Notes: generated by a model not told the origin, from the letters alone. A stretch of 64,000 nt of DNA from Mobula hypostoma (GCF_963921235.1 NC_086107.1:112594001-112658000), one strand, 5' to 3'. Positions 26,190 to 38,579 are shown, counted from the stretch's first letter. Program-made: numbers and translations.

Positions 26190-26720
26190 CGTGGAGTATT
26201 GAGAACAGTTTTTGGGCTCCTTTTCTAAGAAAGGATGTGCTGGCATTGGAGAGGGTCTAGAGGAGGTTCGTGAAAATGGAAAGGTTAAAGTATGAAGAGC
26301 ATTGGATGGCTCTGGGCCTATAATTGCTGGAGTTTAGAAGAATGGGGGGGGAATTTTATTGAAACCTACTGAATATTGAAAGGCCTCGCAAGAGTGGATG
26401 TGGACAGGATGTTTCCTATAGTGGGGGAGTCTAGGACCAGAGGGCACAGCCTCAGAATAGAAGGACGTCCCTTCATAGTAGAAATGAAGAGGAGTTTCTT
26501 TCACCAGAGGTTGGTGAATCTGTGGAATTCATTGCCAAGTCAATGAGGATATTTAAAGTGGAGGTTGATAAGTCCGGTTAGTCAGGGCGTCAGAGGTTAT
26601 GGGGAGAAGGCAGGAGAATAGATTTGAGAGGATAATAACTCAGCTATGATGGAATGGTGGAGCAGTATCGATGGGCTGAATGGCCTAATTCTGCTCCTAT
26701 GTCTTAAGGCCTTATGGTCC
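26190..26720 (+). mobile_element. Old CR1 3' fragment
   Basis: Degenerate EY..QFWAPFLRKDVLALERV and the CR1 3'UTR motif GATGGGCTGAATGGCCTAATTCTGCTCC. Confidence 0.8.
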
Positions 26721-28016
26721 CTGCTTTTTCCCTCACCAGGCTGACTGTGGCTGAAGATCTTTCCTTTGAAGGTAACAGCGAAATTTACCCACCCTCCAAC
26801 TCCGCTCTTCCTGAATTTTCTACCCTTTCACAACTCTAAAAGATTTCCTTCTGATCAGTTTTCAACCTTCCACCATATCAGAAACCCAAAAGAAACTGAC
26901 CAAGTTACTGTTTTCAACCACATATTCCTTCACAGACACCTGCGTTTTCTTAAAGCTTTATAGTTTCTAAGTTTTTTTAGCCCTATAGCTTTGGGTAGTT
27001 CAAGTACTTTCTGGTCAAGTTGGCAATTGAATATAAAACTATTTTAACCCTATCCTCTCTGTAAAATAGCTTCCTCAGTAGAGGGAAGCAATAGGTGCAT
27101 GTTAACAAGGTCCTGTTGTAATTCTGGTGGATTTAAAGTTTGTTGGAGGAGATCCTGGGTCCCTTGCTGCAGTGGGAATGGTTACGAGCTCCCCTCTCTC
27201 TGCATTACTGCTTTGCATGGTGAAAGAAACCGTTCACCACAACTACAAAACTGCTGGCGCTGTGATTATTAATCGCCAGAATTGCTACCACTGCTGAATT
27301 CTTGCCGCAGCCAGGCATTCTGCAATGGCGCGGCTCTGCCCCCTGCCGGCCCGCGGAGGGATTTAAATGCGTCTTTTCTCTCCCCTCAACAATCCCTTGC
27401 CTCTGCAAATGCAGATCCTGCAATCCCTCTATCCCTATTTTGTTTAATGAGATCCATTTTATTTCCGCTCTCTTGGACTTTTTTCCCATCTCCCTTTCCC
27501 CGTCTGCTTGCCTCTCTCCCTGCCCTGCTCTTCTTTTTTAAACTTTAACCACATTATTTTATACACCAATCTCTTCAGGAAAAAAAGTCTAAATAACAAT
27601 TTTAATTTTCTCGTTAATTACGTTCCCTTGCGAACTCATTTAGTCAACATTTTGTCTAAACTTTATTTCTATCTCTCTTTCCCTCACTTCCTTCTCTCTT
27701 TCTCCCGCTCTTTTCTCTCTCTCCCTCACTCATTTCTTTCTCTTTCTCTCCCTCTCTTCCCTCTCCTCTCTTTCTCTCTCTCTCTCTATCTCTCTCTTCT
27801 CTTTCTCTCTCTCCCTCACTGTTTACTCTCTCTCTCTCTGTCTCTCCCTGTCGCTGTCTCCCATATCCTCATTCTAGAGGAACAGACCCAGGAGCAAACG
27901 AGAACACAGTTGCATCCCTGAAGAACACAATATGAATTGGATTCATTAAGTCACCTCTCCCGCGCGCTCTCTTCCTCTCTCTCTCTCTCTCTCTCACACA
28001 CGCACACACATATTAC

Positions 28017-28616
28017 CCGGGCAGCTTTAGATGAATAAGGATCTTCAAAGAGAGCCCAGACTTTGGGCTGGAGTTTCTTCCACCAGCCCAGTTTCCTTCC
28101 AGAGTCCTCTTGCAGGCATAGTCTCTTGAGGTCCCCGTCCTCCTCGTCGTCGGGCTCGGGGGTTTCGAAGCTGTCCAGCGCCTCTTCCGCGTCCCGGTGC
28201 TGCCTGTAGTTCATCCAGCAACATGCCTCCACGTCCGTCTCGTCGATGCCCCAGAAAGCCAACTCTTCCTCGAAGAGCGGTCCACACACATCCGCCGGGC
28301 AATGCAACTTGCCCGTCCTGTAATAGTTCAGCACATAGGCAAAGACGGAGGGGTGCCGGTCGAAGAAGAACTCGTCGGTCTTAGGGTCATAATCAAAGTT
28401 ACTGGAGGCGTCCGGCTCTGTTAACCAGGAGAGTCTGGTGCCAGGCAGAGTCTTAAGCGTGCTCCTGTACGTCTCGTGTTTAATGCCCCCAACATTGATG
28501 ACAATTTTGTCGCTCTCCTCGTTTTTGCCCATATCTCCTTTCAAACATGACTTGGAAGGAGGTTTGTTTCCAGACTTTCGCCCGCGGAAAGAGGAAACAC
28601 AGACTGAACTGATCAT
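28017..28616 (-). CDS. KCNC3: Voltage-gated potassium channel Kv3.3, first coding exon (inactivation peptide + T1 domain, 200 codons); gene continues beyond the left edge
   Basis: [14 protein letters not shown]...EFFFDRHP...[37 protein letters not shown]...[36 protein letters not shown] and LKRLC match Kv3.3 as I recall it. Phase-0 donor CGG|GTAATA; napsin-like neighbour. Confidence 0.9.
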
Positions 28617-28723
28617 ATGGGATAGATTTTTGCCTGGGTGACGTTTTTTTTCCTTGCAAAAGCACGTGTTAGTTCTTCGAACCGCGGATAAGTCAGGTGG
28701 CTTTCGTCATTGCTTTGTTTTCC

Positions 28724-28766
<43 letters not shown>

Positions 28767-28982
28767 ACTCTCTCTCTCCCTCACTTCACTTTCCCTTGCT
28801 CACTCCTACCGAGAGAGCGGGAAGAGGTTTCGGACAGGAAGACTGTGCGTGGCTGGAAGTTGAAGACACCGAGAACAGAAGGGGGTTGAGAGAGAGGAAC
28901 GGGAGGGGGTGAGGAGAGAGACTCTTGAGAGGAACCAAACGCCGAGTTTCCAAAGGACTTTTTCGTCACTCCTTTTCGGAAC
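28617..28982 (-). other. Probable 5'UTR part of the same exon, with a (GA)n tract and a short uORF (28693-28710)
   Basis: Acceptor CCTTAATTTTCGCTTCGTCTTGCAG|G at 28983; ATGACGAAAGCCACCTGA upstream of the main ATG. Confidence 0.5.
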
Positions 28983-30251
28983 CTGCAAGACGAAGCGAAA
29001 ATTAAGGTGATTCTGGTGTCAAAGTCAGGTCGTATTGTACAACATGCTCTTACTCTTAGGAAGTGTTGAGGATAAAATGTATCTAAATCTCTGGCAGGTG
29101 GCGGGAGATGATTTAAACATATAGTTTACAAATCCGTCAAGTCAGAGGGGGCGCGAAAGGGGGTTTTGGGGGTGTTCTGCGGTTTATCCTTTCTTATGTG
29201 TGTTTATAGGGGGGGAGAGCTAATTGAAAACTACTTTGGGAAGTCGTTGTGGAGGTCGAAGAAGTGCCCCGCACCAACAATTAAAATCTGCACGACTAGC
29301 AAAAAAAAGACCAGGCATTGCAGCAGAAAGCAGTCACTAAATGTTTGAATCTTATAATGACCTGCAGCTATTCGAGCCTCGTTGCAATCACTGAGAGATG
29401 GTAAAACGTTCAGTCAAGAGCTCCACAGAAGACTAAATAAAAGGGAGAATGACTTTAAGTATCCGAACATGGTACAGTAACGTTTTAAATCTTCATTATT
29501 TTTTTAACCAACATATAATTAGAAAGCACTCCCTTTATCAAGCTAAAAGTATATTTAATTAGCCTTACTGTCACGACAAGGAGCAATTTCGATGTAAATT
29601 AGATTTACGTCCATGGAGGGCTTTTTGGAATTGAATCGCTTATATGTAGTCCAAGGGCTGTTAATCTGCATTTTTTTGTTAATTTTAAAACGGGGTTTTG
29701 TGTATAAATTGTAAGAAAAGAGCGCATTAATATTTAGCGAGAATTTATTGTAATCCTTGCATAAGAGAGTGGGGATCTGCTCCCTCTGTATCAATCTAAA
29801 CCCAATCGGACGGAGGGGCAAGGGTCCTTGTTCCTAACTCGGAGTCAATCAAACGACCATTTTCTGCACCGTTCGCCTGCTAAGGCAAAGTGTGGATTGG
29901 AAATTATCTGCCAACGTCGGCGATTTTCCATTTGCAATCTGAAGACGAACTGACTGGGGAAGAGACCTCCGTACGAGAGTGCGAACCGGCGTGTGATTAT
30001 ATCGGTGAGTGGGTGGGTGCTGAACGTGTGCGACTGTTGGTAGGTAAACGCAGCTGCGTGGAAAGACGGGGACAGCTAAATGTGGCTGTGCGCGAGTGTG
30101 GAGGGGCAGTGTGTTGCTGCGTGTGAGCGTGTGCGGTCGCTCTGCTTGCCAACGTGAGCGTGGGCTCCTTAAAGTGACACTTAGTCACCAAGTCACACTT
30201 CAAGTCGAACACACAGGGTGCTTGTCAGTGAGTGGACTGTTTGGAACGTAC

Positions 30252-30479
30252 GTGTGTGTGTGTGTGTATGTGTGTGTGTGAGAGAGAATATGTGTCTGTG
30301 TGTGTGAATGTGAGTGTGTGAGTGTGTGTGTGTGTGTGAGAGAGAGAGACTGAGTGTGTGTGTGTGTGAGAGAGTGAGTGTGTGTGTGTGAGAGAGAGAG
30401 AATGTGTGTCTGTGTGTGTGTGAGAGAGAGTGCGTCTGTGTGTGTGAATGTGAGTGTGTGTGTGAATGTGAGTGTGTGA

Positions 30480-30513
<34 letters not shown>

Positions 30514-30643
30514 CTGAGTGTGTGTGTGTGTGAGAGAGTGAGTGTGTGTGTGTGAGAGAGAGAGAATGTGTGTCTGTGTGTGTGTGAGAGAGAGTGCGTC
30601 TGTGTGTGTGAATGTGAGTGTGTGTGTGAATGTGAGTGTGTGA

Positions 30644-30675
<32 letters not shown>

Positions 30676-30805
30676 CTGAGTGTGTGTGTGTGTGAGAGAG
30701 TGAGTGTGTGTGTGTGAGAGAGAGAGAATGTGTGTCTGTGTGTGTGTGAGAGAGAGTGCGTCTGTGTGTGTGAATGTGAGTGTGTGTGTGAATGTGAGTG
30801 TGTGA

Positions 30806-30837
<32 letters not shown>

Positions 30838-31035
30838 CTGAGTGTGTGTGTGTGTGAGAGAGTGAGTGTGTGTGTGTGAGAGAGAATGTGTGTCTGTGTG
30901 TGTGTGAGAGAGAGTGCGTCTGTGTGTGTGAATGTGAGTGTGTGTGTGAATGTGAGTGTGTGAGTGTGTGTGTGTGTGTGAGTGTGAGTGTATGTGTGTG
31001 TGAGTGTGAGTGTGTGTGAGTGTGTGTGTGTGTGC
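30252..31035. repeat. Compound (GT)n/(GA)n repeat with an approximately 160-bp higher-order unit
   Basis: Marker GCGTC recurs at 30432, 30596, 30758 and 30916. Confidence 0.92.
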
Positions 31036-31257
31036 GCGCGCGTCCCTGTATGTAATCGTGGCAAATCGTCTGTGCCTCCGTTTGCCAGTGGCTTCAATTC
31101 AGTGTTTGCGCGTCTTCCCTTCGACGCGTTTCTGTGCATTTTGTGAATGCTTGTGTACGCGTTTAGTTCATTGTAAATAATTATCTATAGATGCACTAGT
31201 GTGTATCTTCCATGTAGACCAGTCTGTGCCTCAGAGCAAGCAGGTATCCGTCGGAAA

Positions 31258-31450
31258 CAAGAGAAGATCTGCAGATGCTGAAAATCCAGAGCAATGGACA
31301 CAAAATGCTGGAGGAACTCAGCGGGACAGGCAGCGTCTGTGGAAAAAAGTCCCGCCGAAGGGTCTCGGCCCGAAACGTCGAATGTACTTTTTTCCATAAA
31401 TGTTGCGGGGCCCGCTGAGTTCCTCCAGCATTTTGTTTGTGTTTCTTGTA
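31258..31450. mobile_element. Palindromic Penelope-derived non-autonomous element
   Basis: Perfect 26-bp inverted arms at 31300-31325 and 31411-31436 around GGGTCTCGGCCCGAAACGTC. Confidence 0.65.
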
Positions 31451-31682
31451 TCTGTCAGGGAATATTTGAACTATATACATGAGTATGTGTACCAATACGT
31501 GTATATACTGTTTGACCACGTATACCCGTGTGTGTGTGTGTGTGTGTGTGTGTTCGGGATTATTTTTTGTCTAGATGTTTAGGGGTATATTGTACGTTGT
31601 AATCCTTGTTGAAGGATCACAGAGGAGGCGGATGGGCAGACAAGAGGGAGAGCGGTACTGTTATAATGGGGTATATGTGCGC

Positions 31683-31716
<34 letters not shown>

Positions 31717-33856
31717 AGTTATTGTTTGTCTGGATGCCTAGGTGAGTGTGTGTGTGTGTGTGTGAGTGTGAGTGTGAGTGTGTCCGTGTGCGCGTGCGTG
31801 TGTATGTGCCCGCGCGCTCCTGCCTTCCTGCGGTGCTTCTGGTGAGATTACCGGTAGGTATGAATCCGTGAACATCGCTCCCTGCCCTCACCTACAGACA
31901 CTGGATGGTGAGAAACGGTATCGCCACGTTGAACCGCCCTCCCGCACATTTCGGGTTAACACTTTGGCCAGGAAGATTAATTGATTAAGAGGGAAAAGAA
32001 AACGTCGATTACAGTGACAACATACCTGCCCAATCTCCAATAACTCCTCGGTATTAGAGAGTGAACCAGGTAACTTGGTCCTTCCGTCAACTCCCGTAGC
32101 AAGTCAGGGCTTGATGGAAAGATTGGGGAGAATTGGACCAGGATGCTCAGACTTAAGCCAGTATCTGATTTAAACATACATTCGCGTTTCTGCCTTGGTT
32201 AAAAAGTTCCTGTCTCTATCTAGTGAGCGCGCCCCAGTGCCGTGAGAGTGTAGCTACAGATTAACGTTTACACTGCCGGTCTCCCATTAGAACGGTGCGG
32301 AAGGAGACAGCTCACAGGCATAGCTGACAACAGCAAACCTATAACATTAACACAAGAGATTCTGCAGGTGCAGGAAATCCAGAGCAACACATACAAAATG
32401 CTGGAGGGACTCAGCAGGTCAGGCAGCATCAATGGAGGAAGACCATATGATGTAGGAGCAAAGTTCGACCTTTCGGCCCATTGAGTCTGCTCCGCCATTC
32501 CATCATGGTCCTTAACCTCATTCCCCGTGACCTCTGATGCGTGTCAGGCAGCATCATAGAAACCTAAAATATTGATACATACAGCAAGTGTAGTAGCCTT
32601 CGGATCAGGCTTGGGGGGAGGGGTTAAATGAAGGTATAATCCAGAAACAGTCCCATAATAAATAATAGAGGGGAAGGACATATCACAGAGTCAGCTGCGG
32701 ACAAGTTAAAGGATCACAGAGGAGGCAGGTGGGCAGACAAGAGGGAGAGCGGTACAGCTCTACAGTAATGGAAACTTATCCGGCTGCACTTACACCCTCC
32801 CACCAGTGGCGGCGCTGCGGTCCCCTCGTTGAAGAAAGATGCAACACAAAATGGAAAGAGGGGATCATAAACAGAAATATGCAGCATGAATAGATCGCGA
32901 ATGATAAATCAGATGGGTAGGTTGGATAAATAAATGGATAGAAAAATATATACATTTGAGGAGGACAAGGAATTACACGGGCAGATGTAACTACAGAAAG
33001 GCAAAGTGGTTGTTTACAGAGAAACAAATGGGTACAACTACAGGAATAAGGAAGCAGGCAGAAAGACAGGCTCGATTTTCGCTGTGGTTACAATGGTGTT
33101 CTGTTTTTTAGCTGATCTATGGTTGGTTTCGCTTTATATCTGTTTTTTTTTGCGGGAAAGCGGCGGCGAATGAATGGCCACGCAGACTGCCGGGGCAGCG
33201 GTTTATCTATCCAGTTTGGCGATTTATGCTACCGATGGTCAAGCGAACACACAGGAGACAGAAAGGGAGTTCTCTGTGTAGACTGTGCCTCGCGAAGACT
33301 GAATCGCCTACTAGTCTGAGAGAGAGGTAGAGGGGAAAAAATCCAGTGGCAGCTATTAAAATCCACACAGTAGTCAGAATAACCCGTAATAAGTCAGTCT
33401 CTCTGCATAATACTAGGGTATAAGTCAAGAATTGCGGGCGGGGAGGGAGGGAGAAATATCATGTTGATAATGTTATAAAGGGAATTATCCTTGCCTTAGA
33501 GAGCACTGTCGGTGTGCAGTGCTCAAGAATGCAGCCTTCCGAAGAGCTGGCAGATGGGGGAAATAAAGCAAGCTGCTTCCTTGCTTCATTCTAGCTGCGT
33601 GATATATTTTATTGCCAAATTCTTGCTTTATTAATTTATTTTGCATTTGTTTGCCGCGACGAGGAGCTGGCACCTCGTTACAAAACGACCCATTTAATAA
33701 ACAAACGCCGAACAAAGCAACATCCATATAAACAAGGCACAGAAAGAGAGGGTTACTTACGGCCGCAAGATTTGATTCAAATGATGCTCTCTGCTCGGTA
33801 GAAATCGCCAGTTTCACAGGGAAGTGATAGGAAGGATTCTCCCTGTTGGTCGCTCG

Positions 33857-34026
33857 CACACACACACACATATACACACACTCACACACACACACAGACA
33901 CACACACACAGACACACACACACTCTGTATCTCTCTCTTTCCCTCTCTCTCTCACTCACTCACACACTCACTCACTCACACACACACACACACATACACA
34001 CACACTCTCTCTCTCTCTCTCTCTCT
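33857..34026. repeat. (CA)n/(CT)n compound microsatellite
   Basis: Seen directly. Confidence 0.95.
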
Positions 34027-35528
34027 GATTCGCACTCACATCCACACCAACAGGAGAAACTAAAAGCGCCTAAGAGAAAACTACAAATCCCTCAATTTCT
34101 CTATTTGGTTTTAGCTGACAGGCTCAGCACTGCCTACGTTTACCCTTGGTTCGTATCGCGTGTTTTAATGACATTTACCGTGCACTCAAACACAACACAC
34201 ACACACATATACTTTCTCTCTCTCTCTCTCTCCCCCTCTAGCTCACAATAAGAGAGTGCAAAAGAGGATGTTGCCAACTCCAAGAAGGTAGGCTGAACGA
34301 TTGCTGTCTGGACTAGGAGAGCCTATGAGTTCCGCTAATTCTGCGGCAGAGCGAGTCAATGACGTAACACGGTTAACATTTCATGGATGGATTCCGTTCC
34401 TGGTCCAAGTTACCTTATCACAGGAATCCACTCGGAACTGACAAAATGCAACCTACACACGCTCGAGCTCTTTTTTTTCCCCTCGTTTTCTTTTCCCCGC
34501 CGAACCGCGAAAAAAAAATGAAGAGTGCAAATCTATTCCCATGAATTACATTTTTAATCCCTTTTGCGATCGGCATGCAGCAGAAACGGGTCTTCATTTA
34601 GAATTTAACCCCCATTTCCCCAGGCCACCTCGGTGCCTTGAGCGTCTGGACGTTGTGTTCAGTATTGAAACAGACGGGCCGAATGGACTGTAGCGGGTCT
34701 TCCCAGTGAAGGGAGCGGATTTGCATGGGTGGCTTTTAAATATTAATATATTAAAATTAATGCAATAAAATGAATTTCTCAAATGAAAAGATGTCTGAAG
34801 CTTTCAGTCTACACGCACAAAATGCTGGAGGAACTCAGCAGGCCAGGCAGCTTCTATGGAAATAAAGTACAGTCGATGTTTCGGGCCGAGACCCTTCGGC
34901 AGGATTCAATGGTCTGCTTTGACAGTTAAATCACTGTTACTCACTTTGAAGGGGGGCGGCTGGTAAGGACTCCAGGCCGATCTCCCCACCTGGCTGTGAA
35001 TCCCGTCTAGTGGATCCGGCCTCAGACTAAGCAATAGAGCCTGCCCCGGTTTATATAGCCCGCTGCCAGCTGGTGTTTAGAGGGACCACTGGAAGGAAGA
35101 TCCGAAGACAGGCCGGTGAACTGAGCTGCCAGAGGGACTGGCATGACTGAACCATGATTGAATAGAATAGCCTCGATGGGCTGAATGGCCTAATTCTGTT
35201 CCTATATATTTTGGTCCTATTTATCTCATAATTAGCATTACTAAATAGAAAATAGAACTGCACAGGCGCTTCGGCCCACAATGTTGTACCGAACCAGCCA
35301 AAAAGTAAATTTTTAAAAAACCAAAACGAATCCCAGTCAATTTACACCATGTCCATATCCCTCCATCTTCCTCACATTCATGCGGCTATCTAAACGTCTC
35401 TTAAAAACCTCTGATGTATTTGCCTCCATCACCATACCAGGCATCCACCACTCAGTAAAAAACTTACCCCTCACGTACCGTTTGAACCCACCCCCTCTCA
35501 CCTTCGATGCATGCCCTCTGGTGTTAGA

Positions 35529-38500
35529 ACATAAAACATAGAATAGTCCAGCACATTACAGGCCCTTTGGCCCACAATGTTGTGCCGACCCTCAGACCCT
35601 GCCTCCCATATAACGCCCCACCTTAAATTCCTCCATATACCTGTCTAGTAGTCTCTTAAACTTCACTAGTGTATCTGCCTCCACCACTGACTCAGGCAGT
35701 GCATCCCACACACCAACCACTCTCTGAGTAAAAAACCTTCCTCTAATATCCCCCTTGAACTTCCCACCCCTTACCTTAAAGCCATGTCCTCTCGTACTGA
35801 GCAGCGGTGCCCTGGGGAAGAGGCGCTGGCTATCCACTCTATCTATTCCTCTTAATATCTTGCACACCTCTATCATGTCTCCTCTCATCCTCCTTCTCTC
35901 CAAAGAGTAAAGCCCTAGCTCCCTTAATCTCTGATCATAATGCATACTCTCTAAACCAGGCAGCATCCTGGTAAATCTCCTCTGTACCCCTTCCAATGCT
36001 TCCACATCCTTCCTATAGTGAGGCAACCAGAACTGGACACAGTACTCCAAGTGTGGCCTAACCAGAGTTTTATAGAGCTGCATCATTACATCGCGACTCT
36101 TAAACTCTATCCCTCGACTTATGAAAGCTAACACCCTATAAGCTTTCTTAACTACCCTATCTACCTGTGAGGCAATTTTCAGGGATATGTGGACATGTAC
36201 CCCCAGATCCCTCTGCTCCTCCATACTACCAAGTATCCTCCATTTACTTTGTACCCTGCCTTGGAGTTTGTCCTTCCAAAGTGTACCACCTCACACTTCT
36301 CCGGGTTGAACTCCATCTGCTACTTCTCAGCCCACTTCTGCATCCTATCAATGTCTCTCTGCAATCTTCGACAATCCTCTACACTATCTACAACACCACC
36401 AACCTTTGTGTCATCTGCAAACTTGCCAACCCACCCTTCTACCCCCACATCCAGGTCGTTAATAAAAATCACGAAAAGTAGAGGTCCCAGAACAGATCCT
36501 TGTGGGACACCACTAGTCACAATCCTCCAATCTGAATGTACTCCCTCCACTACGACCCTCTGCCTTCTGCAGGCAAGCCATTTCTGAATCCACCTGGCCA
36601 AACTTCCCTGGATCCCATGCCTTCTGACTTTCTGAATAAGCCTACCGTGTGGAACCTTGTCAAATGCCTTACTAAAATCCATATAGATCACATCCACTGC
36701 ACTGCCCTCATCTATATGCCTGGTCACCTCCTCAAAGAACTCATCAGGCTTGTTAGACATGATCTGCCCTTCACAAAGCCATGCTGACTGTCCCTGATCA
36801 GACCATGATTCTCTAAATGCCCATAGATCCTATCTCTAAGAACCTTTTCCAACAGCTTTCCCACCACAGACGTAAGGCTCACTGGTCTATAATTACCCAG
36901 ACTATCCCTACTACCTTTTTTGAACAAGGGGACAACATTCACCTCCCTCCAATCCTCCGGTACCATTCCCATGGACAATGAGGACATAAAGATCCTAGCC
37001 AGAGGCTCAGCAATCTCTTCCCTTGCCTCGTGGAGCAGCCTGGGGAATATTCTATCAGGCCCCGGGGACTTATCCATCCTAATGTATTTTAACAACTCCA
37101 ACACCTCCTCTCCCTTAATATCAACATGCTCCAGAACATCAACCTCACTCATATTGTCCTCACCATCATCAAGTTCCTTCTCATTGGTGAATACCGAAGA
37201 GAAGTATTCATTGAGGACCTCGCTCACTTCCACAGCCTCCAGGCACATCTTCCCACCTTTAACTCTAATCAGTCCTACCTTCACTCCTGTCATCCTTTTT
37301 TCCTTCACATAATTGAAGAATGCCTTGGGGTTTTCCTTTACCCTACTCGCCAAGGCCTTCTCATGCCCCCTTCTTGCTCTTCTCAGCCCCTTCTTAAGCT
37401 TCTTTCTTCTTCCCTATATCCCTCAATAGACCCATCTGATCCTTGCTTCCTAAACCTCATGTATGCTGCCTTCTTCCACCTGACTAGATTTTCCACCTCA
37501 CTTGTCACCCATGGTTCCTTCACCCTACCATTCTTTATCTTCCTCATCAGGACAAATTTATCCCTAATATCCTGCAAGAGATCTCTAAACATCGACCACA
37601 TGTCCATAGTACATTTCCCTGCAAAAACATCATCCCAATTCACACCCGCAAGTTCTTGCCTTATAGCCTCATAATTTGCCCTTCCCCAATTAAAAATTTT
37701 CCTGTCCTCTCTGATTCTATCCTTCTCCATGATAATGCTAAAGGCCAGGGAGCAGTGGCCACTGTCCCCCAGATGCTCACCCACCGAGAGATCTGTGACC
37801 TGACCCGGTTCATTACCTAGTTTTTTTTTAGGCATCCGTTAGCCTTGCGAGACCGTGGATCTGCGCCTGGAAAGTCTTCACTCTCCAGGGCGCAGGCCTG
37901 GGCAAGGTTGTATGGAAGACCAGCAGTTGCCCATGCTGCAAGTCTCCCCTCTCCACGACACCAATGTTGTCCAAGGGAAGGGCATTAGGACCCATACAGC
38001 TTGGCACCAGTGTCGTCGTAGAGCAATGTGTCATTAAGTGCCTTGCTCAAGGACACAACACATTCCCTCGGCTGGGGCTCGAACTCATGACCTTCAGGTC
38101 ACTAGTCCAAAGCCTTAACCACTTGGCCACGTGCCCACTCATTACCTAGTACTGGATCTAGTATGGCATTCCCCCTCGTCGGCCTGTCCACATACTGTGA
38201 CAGGAATCCGCCCTGGACACACTTAATACACTCTGCCCCATCTGAACCCTTGGAACTAATCAGGTGCCAATCAATATTAGGGAAGTTAAAGTCACCCATG
38301 ATAACAACCCTGTTATTTTCGCACCTTTCCAAAATCTGCCTCCCAATCTGCTCCTCTGTATCTCTGCTGCTACCAGGGGGCCTATAGAATACCCCCAGTA
38401 GCGTAACTGCTCCCTCCCTGTTCCTGACTTCCACCCATACTGACTCAAAAGAGGATCCTGCTACATTACCCACCCTTTCTGTAGCTGTAATAGTATCCCT

Positions 38501-38579
38501 GACCACTAATGCCACCCCTCCTCCCCTTTCTCCCCCCTCTCTATCCCTTTTAAAGCACTGAAATCCGGGAATATTGAGA
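35529..38579 (-). mobile_element. CR1 LINE, about 3 kb, most of ORF2 (AP endonuclease + RT), frameshifted and interrupted by a SINE
   Basis: [66 protein letters not shown] on both flanks, inside an older CR1 (about 35240-35528 and 38581-39190). Confidence 0.95.
37822..38138 (-). mobile_element. Full-length tRNA-derived SINE with RTE-type tail
   Basis: A box TGGCCAAGTGG, B box GAGTTCGAGCC, oligo(A) end, 12-bp TSD TCATTACCTAGT (37810-37821 and 38139-38150). Confidence 0.9.

Noticed and set aside
27951..28016. C-terminal [12 protein letters not shown]... of the 221-aa ORF
   Set aside because: Read-through into the intron past the GT donor at 28016.
28017..28616. KCNC4 assignment
   Set aside because: Only the first 28 aa are Kv3.4-like; T1 and linker residues and the napsin-like neighbour favour KCNC3.
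33501..33524. 8-bp inverted repeat GAGCACTG/CAGTGCTC
   Set aside because: Expected by chance in 64 kb; no supporting context.
38065..38138. tRNA gene
   Set aside because: The A/B boxes belong to a SINE head that continues into a body and tail bounded by a TSD.
35592..38515. Active reverse transcriptase gene or novel RT system
   Set aside because: Ordinary CR1 ORF2 broken by frameshifts and a SINE, and 5'-truncated.
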